DNA of 64,000 bases, from contig OY970242.1 in the NCBI GenBank assembly GCA_963715505.1, positions 1,804,836 through 1,868,835 of the forward strand. The letters run 5' to 3'. The notes beneath the pieces are model-generated. The model was not told the DNA's origin. It worked only from the letters and a program-made list of their open reading frames with translations, and ran no database searches. The DNA is from an uncultured Microthrixaceae bacterium (GTDB lineage Bacteria; Actinomycetota; Acidimicrobiia; Acidimicrobiales; VFJN01). Each line of letters begins with the position of its first letter. The stretch's first letter is position 1. Below, piece after piece: positions 34,031 through 44,450 of the stretch. Both the position numbers and the translations under genes were made by a program.

Positions 34031-34771
34031 TCAGCCGAGGACGGCGCCGCTGAGCTCGCCGACGAGGAGGGTGACGGCCATGGCGGCGCCACCGCCGACG
34101 GCGACGCGCGCCGCGGCGCGCAGCCGCGGAGCCGCGCCCAGTGCCGCGCCGAGGGCGCCGAAGCCGGCCAGGGCCGACACGGCCACGGCGATGACCACGG
34201 CGGCGCGGCCGCCGTCGGGCGCCACGAGGAAGGCGACGAGCGGGATGAGCGCCCCCAGCGAGAAGGCCAGCGCCGAGGTCGCCGCCGCCTGCAGGGGCCG
34301 GGCCGTCGAGAGCTCGGTCAGGCCCAGCTCGTCGCGCGCGTGGGCGGCGAGGGCGTCGGTCTCGGTGAGCTGGCGCGCCACCTCCGCGGCGAGCTCGGCG
34401 TCGAGGCCCCGGCCCCGCCAGATCTCGGTGAGCTCGACCAGCTCCGCCTTGGGGTGCTGGCGCAGGGCGTCCTGCTCGAGTCGCAGGTCCGCCTCCGTGA
34501 GGTCGCGCTGCGAGGCCACCGAGACGTACTCGCCGACCGCCATCGACAGCGCCCCGGCCACGAGGCCGGCGATGCCCGCCACGCGCACGGCGAAGGTCGA
34601 CGCCCCGCTGCCCGCCACGCCCACGATGAGGCACGCCGTGGACACGAGGCCGTCGTTGGCGCCCAGCAGCGCGGCGCGCAGCCACCCGGCACGGTTCGAG
34701 CGGTGCGCCTGGCGGTGGTGGTGGTGATCGGGCGGCAGGCGCGGCTGCGAGGCGTCGGCACCGGTCGTCAT
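34031..34771 (-). CDS. VIT1/CCC1 family iron/manganese transporter
   Basis: GWLRAALLGANDGLVSTACLIVGVAG plus C-terminal TM helices. Start at MTTGADAS. Confidence 0.8.
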   Translation of the reverse strand: MTTGADASQPRLPPDHHHHRQAHRSNRAGWLRAALLGANDGLVSTACLIVGVAGSGASTFAVRVAGIAGLVAGALSMAVGEYVSVASQRDLTEADLRLEQDALRQHPKAELVELTEIWRGRGLDAELAAEVARQLTETDALAAHARDELGLTELSTARPLQAAATSALAFSLGALIPLVAFLVAPDGGRAAVVIAVAVSALAGFGALGAALGAAPRLRAAARVAVGGGAAMAVTLLVGELSGAVLG

Positions 34772-34827
34772 GACGCCCCAGCGTGGCCTGCTCGGCACCG
34801 CCATGCCATCCCGTAGCCTCCGTCACG

Positions 34828-35571
34828 ATGCGCTGCCTGTGGCCTGATCCCGTCGACGACGTCGACGCATTCGAGCTGGTCGCCGCCGAGCTGCGCCGGC
34901 CGCCGGGGGATCGCCCATGGGTCCTGGTGAACATGATCGCGTCCCTCGACGGCGCCATCACGGTGGAGGGGCGCTCGGGCGGGCTGGGGGCCCCGGCCGA
35001 CAAGGCGATGTTCGCGGCGCTGCGGGGCATCGGCGACGTCATCCTCGTGGGCGCCGGCACCGTGCGCGCCGAGGACTACGGCCCGGCCCGGCCCAGCGCG
35101 GCCACCCGCGCCGCGCGCGCGGCGCGGGGCCAGGCCGAGGTGCCCCGCATCGCCGTGGTGACCCGCTCGCTCGAGCTCGACCCGGACAGCCGCTTCTTCA
35201 CCGAGGCCGTGGTCCCGCCCCTCGTGATCACCTGCGAGTCCTCACCGGCGAAGCGCCGCCGGGCGCTCGAGGCGCACGCCGAGGTGGTCGTCGCCGGCGT
35301 GGCCACGGTCGACCTCGCGGTGGCGCTCCGCCGGCTGGGCGCGCTCGGCGCCGGGGTGGTGACCTGCGAGGGCGGTCCGCGCCTCAACGGCGAGCTCATC
35401 GCCGCCGACCTCGTCGACGAGTGGGACCTCTCCATCGCAGCGCTGCTCGTCGGCGAGGACTCCGACCGCGCCGCGGTGGGGCCGCGTCCGCCGGTTCCGC
35501 TGCCGATGCAGCTCGACCGCCTCGTCGAGGGCGACGGCCTCCTGCTCGGCCGCTGGCTCCGCACCCGCTGA
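34828..35571 (+). CDS. RibD C-terminal domain / dihydrofolate-reductase-like pyrimidine reductase family protein
   Basis: Shows VLVNMIASLDGAITVEGRSGGLG...DKAMFAALRGIGDVILVGAGTVRAEDY...VTCEGGPRLNGELIAADLVDEWDLSIAALLVG. Confidence 0.75.
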   Translation: MRCLWPDPVDDVDAFELVAAELRRPPGDRPWVLVNMIASLDGAITVEGRSGGLGAPADKAMFAALRGIGDVILVGAGTVRAEDYGPARPSAATRAARAARGQAEVPRIAVVTRSLELDPDSRFFTEAVVPPLVITCESSPAKRRRALEAHAEVVVAGVATVDLAVALRRLGALGAGVVTCEGGPRLNGELIAADLVDEWDLSIAALLVGEDSDRAAVGPRPPVPLPMQLDRLVEGDGLLLGRWLRTR

Positions 35572-35606
35572 GCGCGTGCAGCCGCGGCACCGCCGAGCTC
35601 GACGTC

Positions 35607-36086
35607 TCAGCGGCGCTTGGGCTCGGTGCGCTTGGCGAGCAGGGTGACCTCGCGCTCGAAGTCGGCGAGCTCGTCGAAGCCGAGGTAGACGCTGGCGAAG
35701 CGCACCGCGGACACGGCGTCGAACTCCCGAAGCTCCTCGAGCACGGCGCGGCCCACCTCCTCGGAGCTGACCTCGGTGCGGCCTTCCAGGCGCAGGGCGT
35801 CCTCGATGGCGCTGGCGAGCTCGTCGATCGACGCCGACAGCTGGGCCTCGGGGGCTCGCCCCTTGGTGGCGGCGCGGATGCCCGCACCGACCTTGGCGCG
35901 GTCGAAGGGCTGGCGGTCCCCCGAGCGCTTGACGACGGTGAGGGGCACCTCCTCGACGCGCTCGAAGGTCGTGAAGCGCCGACCGCAGGCGATGCACGCC
36001 CGCCGGCGACGGATCGACGAGCCGTCGTCGGCCTGCCGGGAGTCGACGACCTTGTCGTCGGGGGAACCGCAGGCGGGGCAGCGCAC
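35607..36086 (-). CDS. nrdR: transcriptional repressor NrdR
   Basis: MRCPACGSPDDKVVDSR zinc ribbon, CIACGRRFTTFE, and an ATP-cone. Confidence 0.95.
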   Translation of the reverse strand: MRCPACGSPDDKVVDSRQADDGSSIRRRRACIACGRRFTTFERVEEVPLTVVKRSGDRQPFDRAKVGAGIRAATKGRAPEAQLSASIDELASAIEDALRLEGRTEVSSEEVGRAVLEELREFDAVSAVRFASVYLGFDELADFEREVTLLAKRTEPKRR

Positions 36087-36104
36087 CCGCGCACGGTACT
36101 CCCC

Positions 36105-36599
36105 TCAGGGCAGGAGGAGCCGTTGCCCGACGACCAGCGGCGCGCCGCCGTTGAGGGCGGCGAGCCGATCGACGGTGATGCGCACGTCGGCGGCGGGCGC
36201 CACGGCGGCGGCGATCGTCCACAGCGTGTCACCGGGCTGGACGATGCGCGTGGCACCGCCGGCGCCCGCGGCCACCCCGGCCGCGCTCGAGGCGGCGGCC
36301 GAGGTGGGCGGGGGCCCGCCGGCGGCGGCGGAGGGGCTGCCGCCACCGGCGATCCTGGCCAGGACAGCGCTGGCCAGGAGGGTCGAGGCCACGAGCACCA
36401 CCAGCACGACCACCAGGGCGGCGAGCCGGCGGCGACGCAGCTGGGCGCGGCGGGCGAGCGAGCGCGGCGCGCGACCGCCCTCGACGAGGCGCAGCGCCGC
36501 ACGGGCCGGCGCCTGGGGGCCCGGCGGGACGGTGGTGGGCTGGAGCCGGAGGGCTGCGGTGGTGGCCATGGCGCTCATCCTCCTCTGGGGGTGTGACAA
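36105..36599 (-). CDS. LysM domain membrane protein (Rv2719c-like position between lexA and nrdR)
   Basis: A TM helix (LAALVVVLVVLVASTLLA) and a C-terminal LysM (VQPGDTLWTIAAAV...TVDRLAALNG...LVVGQRLLLP). Divergent from lexA. Confidence 0.7.
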   Translation of the reverse strand: MSHPQRRMSAMATTAALRLQPTTVPPGPQAPARAALRLVEGGRAPRSLARRAQLRRRRLAALVVVLVVLVASTLLASAVLARIAGGGSPSAAAGGPPPTSAAASSAAGVAAGAGGATRIVQPGDTLWTIAAAVAPAADVRITVDRLAALNGGAPLVVGQRLLLP

Positions 36600-36609
36600 C
36601 CGCTCGGAA

Positions 36610-36623
36610 GGAACGGGTGTTCG
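36610..36623. promoter_or_regulatory. SOS (Cheo) box GGAACGGGTGTTCG
   Basis: Matches CGAAC-N4-GTTCG in 13 of 14 positions. Confidence 0.6.
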
Positions 36624-36636
36624 CCCGCAGGATGTC

Positions 36637-36650
36637 CGAACGGGCGTTCG
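36637..36650. promoter_or_regulatory. SOS (Cheo) box CGAACGGGCGTTCG (perfect)
   Basis: Perfect CGAAC-N4-GTTCG palindrome in the lexA/LysM divergent intergenic region. Confidence 0.8.
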
Positions 36651-36665
36651 GAGTCAAGCCCTGAT

Positions 36666-36694
36666 CGAACGCCCGTGCGACGAACGGGTGTTTG
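36666..36694. promoter_or_regulatory. two degenerate SOS-box-like sites (CGAACGCCCGTGCG, CGAACGGGTGTTTG)
   Basis: The left half-sites are perfect and the right half-sites are degenerate. Confidence 0.4.
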
Positions 36695-36720
36695 CACGGG
36701 TGCACCCGTCGACGTAGGGT

Positions 36721-36735
36721 TCGAACACCCGTACG
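36721..36735. promoter_or_regulatory. SOS-box-like site TCGAACACCCGTACG just upstream of lexA
   Basis: GAAC-N4-GTAC, 16 nt before the lexA ATG. Confidence 0.5.
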
Positions 36736-36750
36736 GCACTGGAGGCCCAC

Positions 36751-37377
36751 ATGGCGGACATCACCCCCCGGCAACGGGAGATCCTCGAGGTCATCGAGCA
36801 GTACCAGCGCGACCACGGCTTCCCGCCGTCGGTGCGCGACATCGGCAAGGCCGTGGGGCTGACCTCCCCCTCGACGGTGCACGCCCACCTCGCCACCCTC
36901 GAAGGGCTCGGCTTCCTTCGCCGCGACGCCACCAAGCCGCGTGCCATCGAGGTGCGCTTCGACGCCATGTCGGGCGCCCAGGTGGAGCGCCGCCCCGTGC
37001 GCCACGTCCCCCTCGTCGGCGACGTCGCGGCCGGCACCGACGTGCTCGCCCAGGAGAACTTCGAGGAGACGCTGCCCCTGCCCGCCGACTTCACCGGCGA
37101 GGGCGACCTGTTCATGCTGCGGGTGCGCGGCGACTCCATGGTCGAGGCCGCCATCGTCGACGGGGACTACGTCGTGTGCCGCTCCCAGTCGACCGCCGAC
37201 AACGGCGACATCGTCGTGGCCGGCATCCCCGGCGACGAGGCGACCGTGAAGACCTTCCGCCGCAAGGGCTCGAAGATCTCGCTGGTCCCCTCCAACGCCC
37301 GGCTCTCCCCCATCGAGCTGGACCCCTCGGAGGTCACGATCTACGGCAAGGTCGTCACCGTGCTGCGCCGCGTCTGA
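36751..37377 (+). CDS. lexA: LexA repressor
   Basis: Shows LTPRQREILEVI...GFPPSVRDIG, the cleavage region PLVGDVAAG, and the S24 peptidase motifs GDSM and ATVK. Confidence 0.95.
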   Translation: MADITPRQREILEVIEQYQRDHGFPPSVRDIGKAVGLTSPSTVHAHLATLEGLGFLRRDATKPRAIEVRFDAMSGAQVERRPVRHVPLVGDVAAGTDVLAQENFEETLPLPADFTGEGDLFMLRVRGDSMVEAAIVDGDYVVCRSQSTADNGDIVVAGIPGDEATVKTFRRKGSKISLVPSNARLSPIELDPSEVTIYGKVVTVLRRV

Positions 37378-37477
37378 GCACCGCGCCAGGCCGACTACCG
37401 CGGCCGCAGGGGAATGGCGACAATGGGGACGATGCGCCGCTCGCCCCGCTCACCGCTCGTGAGCGGCGTCGCGCTCG

Positions 37478-38782
37478 GTGCTCCTCGCCGTGCTGGCCAC
37501 GCCGGCACCGGCAGCGGCGGGGGCGGCTCCCGACGACCCGGTGTTCGCGCAGGGGCTCCAGTGGGCGCTCGAGCGCATCGGGGCGCCCACGGCCTGGGAG
37601 CATGGCACCGGCGAGGGCATCACGATCGCCATCATCGACTCCGGCGTCGACCTGCGCCACGAGGACCTCGCCGACAAGGTGATCGGGCACACCAGCTGCA
37701 TCGGGGCCGCCGGCGATCCGCGCCGCTGCCAGGGACCCGGCCAGGACGACAACGGCCACGGCACCCACGTGGCGGGCATCGCGCTGGCGGCCACCGGCAA
37801 CGGGCGCGGCATCGCCGGGGTGGCGCCCTCCGCGGGGCTCTTCGCCGTGCGGGTGCTGGCCAACGACTGCTCCGGGGCCGACTGCACCGCCTCGGGCACG
37901 GCGAGCGACGTGGCGGCAGGCATCCGCTGGGCGACCGACCAGGGCGCCGACGTGATCAACCTCTCCCTCGGTGGCGGCGCGCTGCAGTCGACCCTGGGCT
38001 GCGCCTTCTGCGAGGCCATCGACTACGCCTGGGCACGAGGCTCGGTCCCGGTGATCGCTGCGGGCAACGACGCGGTCCTGCCCGCCGGCTTCGGCGACGA
38101 ACCGGCGATCATCGTCACCGCCACCACCCGCGACGACACCCGGGCGTCCTACTCCGCGGCGAGCGCCGGCGTGCTGCGCCGGGCACGCTGGCCCGTCGCC
38201 GCTCCCGGTGGCGAGAGCGAGGACGATGCCCGCGACTGCGGGACCGGAGGAGCGCCCCAGGGAGTCCTGTCGACCTACTGGAGCGCGGGACGGTCCGACC
38301 AGTACGCCTGCCTCGCCGGCACCTCGATGGCCGCGCCGCACGTGGCGGGGGCGATCGCCGTCCTGCTGGGGCAGGGGCTGAGCCCCCCGCAGGCGGTCGA
38401 CCGCCTGCTCAGCACCGCCACCGACCTCGGCCCACCGGGCCGAGACCCCGCCTTCGGCGTCGGCCGCATCGACCTCGCACGCGCGGTCGGGCCGGGCCCC
38501 CCGACGGTCCCGACGAGGCCCGCTCCCCCGCCGTCCACGGCGCCGACGCCCACCAGAGCGCCGGCAGCGCCGGCCCCGACCGACACCACGGCGCCGGCGC
38601 CTCCGCAGCGCAGCCCGTCGCCACCGGCGGGGCTGCCGGGCAGCGAGGAGGCGGCGCCGTTCCGTCCCGACGCCGCCCGCTCGCAGCGGCCGCCCCCGTG
38701 GCTGGTCGTCATCGCGGTCACCACGCTGCTCGGCAGCGGCGTCGCCACCGCATCGGCCGTGTGGCGCCGCTCGTCGGGCTGA
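37478..38782 (+). CDS. S8 family (subtilisin-like) serine peptidase, Pro-rich linker and C-terminal TM anchor
   Basis: D/H/S triad contexts are [19 protein letters not shown] and [11 protein letters not shown]. The likely true start is ATG 37432 (MRRSPRSPLVSGVAL...), in another frame, which implies a +1 shift near 37470-37480. Confidence 0.85.
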   Translation: MLLAVLATPAPAAAGAAPDDPVFAQGLQWALERIGAPTAWEHGTGEGITIAIIDSGVDLRHEDLADKVIGHTSCIGAAGDPRRCQGPGQDDNGHGTHVAGIALAATGNGRGIAGVAPSAGLFAVRVLANDCSGADCTASGTASDVAAGIRWATDQGADVINLSLGGGALQSTLGCAFCEAIDYAWARGSVPVIAAGNDAVLPAGFGDEPAIIVTATTRDDTRASYSAASAGVLRRARWPVAAPGGESEDDARDCGTGGAPQGVLSTYWSAGRSDQYACLAGTSMAAPHVAGAIAVLLGQGLSPPQAVDRLLSTATDLGPPGRDPAFGVGRIDLARAVGPGPPTVPTRPAPPPSTAPTPTRAPAAPAPTDTTAPAPPQRSPSPPAGLPGSEEAAPFRPDAARSQRPPPWLVVIAVTTLLGSGVATASAVWRRSSG

Positions 38783-38798
38783 CGCTCAGCGCCGCGGC

Positions 38799-39875
38799 TC
38801 AGCGCCGCGGCTCGGCGCGCAGCACCGCGTCGAGCACGGCGTAGGTGCGCTCGAGCGAGGCGCGATCGACGCGCTCCTCGGCGCTGTGGGCCAGCGTGGC
38901 GTCACCCGGGCCGAGGTTGCACGCCGGCACCCCCGCCGCGGCGAAGCGCGCCACGTCGGTCCAGCCGAGCTTGGCGCGCACCGGCAGGTGGTGGTCCTCG
39001 ACGAGGGCGCGCAGCACGGGGTGGTCGAGGCCGGGTGCCGCCGCCGGCGCGACATCCACGAGGCGGACCTCGTCGCCGGGTTCGAGGTGGGGGGCGAGCA
39101 GGGCTCGCAGCCCCGCCTCGGCCTCCTGGGGCGTGCGGTCCGGCGCGAAGCGGTGGTTGAGCACCGCCGTCGCCCGGTCGGGCACGACGTTGGCGGCCAC
39201 GCCGCCGGACACGGCGACGGCCTGGAGCGCCTCGCGGTACGCACAGCCCTCGACGACCGGGCAGCGCTCCTCGAAGCCCGCCACCGCCTGCAGCACGGCG
39301 CCGAGGCGGTGGATGGCGTTGCGCCCCATCCACGGGCGCGCGGTGTGGGCACGGGCGCCGACCAGCTCCACCTCGAGGCGCATCGTGCCCTGGCAGCCGG
39401 CCTCGATCTCGCCACTGGTGGGCTCGCCGAGGATCGCCACGTCACCCGCGACGAGCTCGGGCCGGTCGCGCACGAGGTGCCCGAGCCCGTTGTGCTCCGC
39501 GGCGACCTCCTCGCCGGCGTAGAAGACCCACGTGAGGTCGACCGCGGGCTCGGGCACCTGCGCGGCGAGCGCCAGCATCACGGCAAGGCCGCCCTTCATG
39601 TCGGCGGCGCCGAGCCCCCAGAGGACGTCGCCCTCGATCCGCGAGCGCTCGTTGCCGTTCGGCGCCACGGTGTCGGTGTGACCCGCCAGCACGACGCGCG
39701 TGGGGCGTCCGAGCCGCGTGCGCGCAACGACGTTGGCGCCGACCCGCTCCACCTCGAGGTGGTCCAGGGCGCGCAGGTCGGACTCGATCCGGTCGGCGAG
39801 CGCGCTCTCGTCGTGGCTCACCGAGGGGATGTCGACGAGCGTGGCGGTCAGCTCGAGGAGGTCGACGCCCGGCAT
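38799..39875 (-). CDS. dapE: succinyl-diaminopimelate desuccinylase (M20 family)
   Basis: Shows [11 protein letters not shown]...[10 protein letters not shown]...[10 protein letters not shown]. Divergent from dapD. Confidence 0.8.
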   Translation of the reverse strand: MPGVDLLELTATLVDIPSVSHDESALADRIESDLRALDHLEVERVGANVVARTRLGRPTRVVLAGHTDTVAPNGNERSRIEGDVLWGLGAADMKGGLAVMLALAAQVPEPAVDLTWVFYAGEEVAAEHNGLGHLVRDRPELVAGDVAILGEPTSGEIEAGCQGTMRLEVELVGARAHTARPWMGRNAIHRLGAVLQAVAGFEERCPVVEGCAYREALQAVAVSGGVAANVVPDRATAVLNHRFAPDRTPQEAEAGLRALLAPHLEPGDEVRLVDVAPAAAPGLDHPVLRALVEDHHLPVRAKLGWTDVARFAAAGVPACNLGPGDATLAHSAEERVDRASLERTYAVLDAVLRAEPRR

Positions 39876-39899
39876 CCGCTCAGCCTAGGAGGGCCGCCC

Positions 39900-40916
39900 G
39901 TGCCCGGTCGTACCGGTACCGTGACCGTCGTGACGCCTCCCTCAGCAGCTCCCTCGTCGGGCGCGGCGGCAGCCGGCCTCGCCACGCTGGCCCGCGACGG
40001 CCGCGTGCTCGACGCCTGGTTCCCCGCCCCCGCGCTCACCCCGACCGGGGGCGACAGCGAGACCTCCCGGCTCGACCCGGTCGCCGCGGGCGACGCCCTC
40101 GGTCCGGCCGCCAGCGCGACGCTGGGCAGCGACCCGCTCCGCGGCGTCGAGATCGTGGCGGTGCACACCACCATCGCCGACCTGGCGGACCCCCCGGTCG
40201 ACACCTACGACGGCTGGCTGCGGCTGCAGCTCCTCTCGAACCGCCTCATCCGGCCCAACAGCGCCAACCTCGACGGGCTCTTCGGGGTGCTCGTCAACGT
40301 GGCGTGGACCCAGCTCGGCCCCGTGGCCGCCGACGAGCTCGACGAGGCGCGGCTGCGGGCCCGAGCGGCCGGCACCCCCCTGGCGGTCCACGGCCTCGAC
40401 AAGTTCCCGCGGCTGACCGACTACGTCGTGCCCAGCGGGGTGCGCATCGCCCATGCCGACCGCGTGCGGCTCGGGGCGCACCTCGCCGAGGGCACGGTGG
40501 TCATGCACGAGGGCTTCGTGAACTTCAACGCCGGCACGCTCGGCGTGTCGATGGTCGAGGGCCGCATCAGCCAGGGCGTCGTCGTCGGCGACGGCTCCGA
40601 CGTGGGTGGAGGCGCGTCGATCCAGGGCACCCTCTCGGGCGGCGGCAAGGAGGTCATCCGCGTCGGCGAGCGCTGCCTCATCGGCGCCAACGCGGGCATC
40701 GGCATCTCCCTCGGCGACGACTGCGTGGTCGAGGCGGGGCTCTACGTCACCGCCGGCACGCGGGTCACCCTGCCCGACGGTGCGGTGGTGAAGGCTGCTG
40801 CGCTGAGCGGGCGCGACGGGCTGCTGTTCCGTCGCAACAGCACGTCGGGCGCGGTGGAGGCGCTCGCCCGCACCGGGCGCGGCATCGAGCTGAACGCCGC
40901 CCTGCACCAGAGCTGA
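39900..40916 (+). CDS. dapD: 2,3,4,5-tetrahydropyridine-2,6-dicarboxylate N-succinyltransferase
   Basis: Hexapeptide-repeat C-terminus ([55 protein letters not shown]). GTG 39900 lies 7 nt after AGGAGGG. Confidence 0.8.
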   Translation: MPGRTGTVTVVTPPSAAPSSGAAAAGLATLARDGRVLDAWFPAPALTPTGGDSETSRLDPVAAGDALGPAASATLGSDPLRGVEIVAVHTTIADLADPPVDTYDGWLRLQLLSNRLIRPNSANLDGLFGVLVNVAWTQLGPVAADELDEARLRARAAGTPLAVHGLDKFPRLTDYVVPSGVRIAHADRVRLGAHLAEGTVVMHEGFVNFNAGTLGVSMVEGRISQGVVVGDGSDVGGGASIQGTLSGGGKEVIRVGERCLIGANAGIGISLGDDCVVEAGLYVTAGTRVTLPDGAVVKAAALSGRDGLLFRRNSTSGAVEALARTGRGIELNAALHQS

Positions 40917-40955
40917 CCGGTACGCTCCGACGGTCCGGCGAGGCCCGAGGAGCAC

Positions 40956-42038
40956 ATGGCCGAACACCAACCGACCGACGAGTCCGCTCCGGGCCGGCCG
41001 ATGGACCTGGAGCGCAAGGTCGACGTCATCGCCGGCGCGGTGGCGGACCTGCAGGGCATGGTTGCGGACATGGCGACCGAGCTCTCGCGCCTGGGCCCCA
41101 GGGTCAACGAGCTCCTCGACCGCCACCCCGCCGGCCTCGGTGCTGCCACGCAGGTGACGGCGACGGTCGCCGGGGACGTGGCGACCGCTGCGCTCGAGCC
41201 GGTCCACGCCAGCCTCGCGGCCCTGACGGCATCGGCGGCGAGCCAGCGCGAGGAGCTGCTGCTCGCGCTCGAGGTCCTCACCCGCGTCGCCGAGGCCGTG
41301 GAGCGCCTCGACGACCGCACGGAGGACCGGCTGGCGGCGGTGCGCGACGCGGCCATGACGCCCGCAGCGGACCTGCAGGCCATGCTGGCGGCCCGCAGCG
41401 GGCGCATCGACGCACGCCTCGACGAGCTGGCGGCGGTGATCGAGGGCATCACGGCACGCGGCGGCGACGACGAGCCGAGCCGGCTGGTGGAGCGGGTCGA
41501 CGAGCTGGCCCGCGCCGTGGAGTCGTTGAGCTGGCAGCTGCCCGATCTCGTGCAGGAGGTGGCGGCGCTGCGCGCGGAGCCGCCCGGCACCGACCTGGTC
41601 GGTCCGCTCGACAGCGCAGCCGACGACCTCGCCGTGCGGCTCGCCGACCACACCGACCTGGCCCTCGCCGGGGTGCTGCGACTGCTCGACCAGCGGCTCG
41701 ACGTGCTGCGGGAGGCCCTGACCGAGTCGGCCGCGCCGACCCCGCCGAACGTGGGCGGCTTCGAGGCCGGGGCGGTGATGGGCGCTGCGCAAGCGGCGTG
41801 GAACCGGCTCGAGCACCGCCTCGACCAGGAGTTCGACGACCTGAGCCGCCAGCTGCAGACGATGGGCTCGCTCATCGAGCGGGCCACGGCCACCGCAGAG
41901 GCCGCCGCCAACCGCCCCGTCGTCACCGGCGAGCAGCTCCGCAGCGCGGCAGCCGCCGTGAAGGAGTCGGTGCTGAGGTCGCGGCGCGACCGCCGCGGCC
42001 GCGTCGACCGCCCGGGCCTCGACCCGCCCAGGACCTGA
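40956..42038 (+). CDS. hypothetical Ala/Leu/Asp-rich coiled-coil protein
   Basis: 360-aa ORF with good GC3 and a long helical repeat character. No catalytic motif. Confidence 0.5.
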   Translation: MAEHQPTDESAPGRPMDLERKVDVIAGAVADLQGMVADMATELSRLGPRVNELLDRHPAGLGAATQVTATVAGDVATAALEPVHASLAALTASAASQREELLLALEVLTRVAEAVERLDDRTEDRLAAVRDAAMTPAADLQAMLAARSGRIDARLDELAAVIEGITARGGDDEPSRLVERVDELARAVESLSWQLPDLVQEVAALRAEPPGTDLVGPLDSAADDLAVRLADHTDLALAGVLRLLDQRLDVLREALTESAAPTPPNVGGFEAGAVMGAAQAAWNRLEHRLDQEFDDLSRQLQTMGSLIERATATAEAAANRPVVTGEQLRSAAAAVKESVLRSRRDRRGRVDRPGLDPPRT

Positions 42039-42050
42039 GCCGGCGGCGCG

Positions 42051-43154
42051 TCAGGCAGCGAGGCGCTCGGCGAGCAGCGCGATGCGGTCGTCGGGCTGCA
42101 CCACCGCCACGCGCACGTGGTCCGAGCCGGCGGGGCCGTACAGCTCACCCGGCGACACGAGCGCGCCGGCCCGCTCCGCCAGGCGACGCGTGAGCCCCCA
42201 TGCGTCGCCGTCGGGTGCCGGTGCCCAGAGGTAGAAGGCGCCACCGGGCATGGGCGCCTCGACGCCGGACGCGGCGAGCGCTGCCCGGGCGGTCTCGAGA
42301 CGGCGCCGGTAGCGCTCGCGCTGCTCGTCGACGTGGGCGTCGTCGGACCAGGCCGCGACCGCGGCCGCCTGAACGGGGCCGGGCACCAGCAGACCGACGT
42401 GCTTGCGCACCTCCCGGAGGTAGCGCACGAGGTCGGGGTCGCCGGCGTAGAACCCCGCACGCACGCCCGCGAGGTTCGACCGCTTCGACAGCGAGTGGAC
42501 CGCCAGGACCCCCTCCAGGCCACCGTCGAGGATCGTCCGGGGCGGACCCTCCCACGTGAACTCGACGTAGCACTCGTCGGAGAGCACGGGGACCCCGTTG
42601 GCGCGGCCCCACGCCGCCGCTGCACCGAGGTCGACGAGTGCGCCGCTCGGGTTCGCCGGCGCGTTCACCCACAGGCACAGCGCGCGGGCGGCGTCGGTGG
42701 GATCGATCTCGTCGAGGCCGGCGTAGGGGACGGCTCGGCACCCGGCGAGCGTGGCGCCCATGGCGTAGGTCGGGTAGCTGATGGCCGGGTAGAGCACGGT
42801 GTCGCGGTCGGGTCGTCGCAGCCGCAGCCACTGCGGCAGGCCCGCCACGAGCTCCTTGGTGCCGACGCAGGCCGCCACGTGGTCGGGCGACACCTCCACG
42901 CCGAGTCGCCGGGCCATCCAGCCGGCGGCGGCCTCGCGGTAGGCGGTGGTGCCGATCGAGGGCGGGTAGGAGCGCTCGGCGCCGGAGCGGGCGAGCGCCT
43001 CGACCACCGCGGCAGGCGGCAGGTCGCAGGGCGTGCCGATCGACAGGTCGATGAGCCCGCCGGGCAGGGCGCTGGCGAGCTCCTTGAGCTCGTCGAGGCG
43101 GTCGTAGGGGTAGGGCGGCGGCACGAAGGGCGCCGCCACGGTGGCGTCGGCCAT
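42051..43154 (-). CDS. dapC: succinyldiaminopimelate transaminase (class I aminotransferase)
   Basis: Shows PYPYDRLDEL...DLSIGTP...NPANPSG...SLSKRSNLAGVRAGFY, including the PLP lysine context. Confidence 0.75.
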   Translation of the reverse strand: MADATVAAPFVPPPYPYDRLDELKELASALPGGLIDLSIGTPCDLPPAAVVEALARSGAERSYPPSIGTTAYREAAAGWMARRLGVEVSPDHVAACVGTKELVAGLPQWLRLRRPDRDTVLYPAISYPTYAMGATLAGCRAVPYAGLDEIDPTDAARALCLWVNAPANPSGALVDLGAAAAWGRANGVPVLSDECYVEFTWEGPPRTILDGGLEGVLAVHSLSKRSNLAGVRAGFYAGDPDLVRYLREVRKHVGLLVPGPVQAAAVAAWSDDAHVDEQRERYRRRLETARAALAASGVEAPMPGGAFYLWAPAPDGDAWGLTRRLAERAGALVSPGELYGPAGSDHVRVAVVQPDDRIALLAERLAA

Positions 43155-44437
43155 CAGGCGACCACGTACTCCACGAAGCGACCGAGCGCGGCGTCGTCGA
43201 GCCGCACGCGGACGCGCATGGCGTCGTCGTCGGCGAGCTCAACCAGCACCTCGCCCTCGCGGTGCACGGCGGCGAGGAGGTCGCCGCGCTCGTAGGGGAT
43301 GGCGAGCTCCACCACGTTGGTGAGGGCACGCAGGCGGTCGGAGACGGCGTGCAGCAGCGCCTCCACGCCCTCGCCCGTGCTGGCGCTGAAGGCGACCGCG
43401 CCCTCGTGCGTCTTGGCGAGCCGGCTGGCCTCGCTGGGCGCCACGTCGGCCTTGTTGAAGGCCAGCAGCTCGGGCACGTCGTCGGCGCCGATCTCGCGCA
43501 GCACGGTGCGCACGGCATGGATGTTGCCGTCCACGTCGAGCGCGGACGAGTCGACGACGTGGACGAGGAGGTCGGCGTCGCTCGCCACGGCAAGCGTCGA
43601 CTTGAAGGCCTCCACGAGGTCGTGCGGCAGCTTGCGGATGAAGCCGACGGTGTCGGTCAGCAGCACCGCCTCACCGCCGGGCAGCTCGAGCCGCCGGGTG
43701 GTGGCGTCGAGCGTGGCGAAGAGCCGGTCCTCGACGAGGACGCCCGCGTCGGTCAGCCGGTTGAGCAGCGTCGACTTGCCGGCGTTCGTGTAGCCCACGA
43801 TCGCCACGCGCTGCACGCGGCTGCGGCGCTGGGCCTTGCGCTGCGTCGAGCGGTGCTTGTCGATCTCGCGCAGCTCGGCCTCCAGCTTGTGGATGCGGCG
43901 CTGGATGCGGCGGCGGTCGACCTCGAGCTGGGTCTCACCGGGGCCGCGCGAGCCGATCCGGGCGCCGCCCGCGGACATGCCGCCGGCCTGCTGCGACAGC
44001 GCCGTGCCCTTGCCGCGGATCCGGGGCAGCCGGTACTTGAGCAGCGCCAGCTCGACCTGCGCCTTGCCCTCCTGGCTGTGCGCGTTCTGGGCGAAGATGT
44101 CGAGGATCACGGCGGTGCGGTCGATCGCCGTGCGGCCGAGCAGCTTCTCGAGGTTGCGCTGCTGGGCGGGCGAGAGCTCGTTGTCGAACACGACGGTGTC
44201 GCAGTCGGTCTCGAGGGCCACCTCGCGCAGCTCCTCGGCCTTGCCCTTGCCGAGGTAGGTCGGCGGGTCGGGGGCGCGGCGCCGCTGCACGACACGGGCG
44301 ACCTCGTCGGCCCCCGCCGTGTCGACGAGCAGCGACAGCTCGTCGAGGCCGGCCTCGGTGTCGTCGGGCGTGTCGGGCGGGAGGGTGACGCCCACCAGGA
44401 CGATCTTCTCCCGGATGTGGCGTTCGATCAGCGACAT
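43154..44437 (-). CDS. hflX: GTPase HflX
   Basis: N-terminal HflX domain (LDELSLLVDTAGA...NELSPAQQRNLE...RTAVILDIFAQNAHS) and G-domain (VAIVGYTNAGKSTL, DTVGFI, NKAD). Start at MSLIERH. Confidence 0.9.
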   Translation of the reverse strand: MSLIERHIREKIVLVGVTLPPDTPDDTEAGLDELSLLVDTAGADEVARVVQRRRAPDPPTYLGKGKAEELREVALETDCDTVVFDNELSPAQQRNLEKLLGRTAIDRTAVILDIFAQNAHSQEGKAQVELALLKYRLPRIRGKGTALSQQAGGMSAGGARIGSRGPGETQLEVDRRRIQRRIHKLEAELREIDKHRSTQRKAQRRSRVQRVAIVGYTNAGKSTLLNRLTDAGVLVEDRLFATLDATTRRLELPGGEAVLLTDTVGFIRKLPHDLVEAFKSTLAVASDADLLVHVVDSSALDVDGNIHAVRTVLREIGADDVPELLAFNKADVAPSEASRLAKTHEGAVAFSASTGEGVEALLHAVSDRLRALTNVVELAIPYERGDLLAAVHREGEVLVELADDDAMRVRVRLDDAALGRFVEYVVA

Positions 44438-44450
44438 GCGAGCGGGTACC

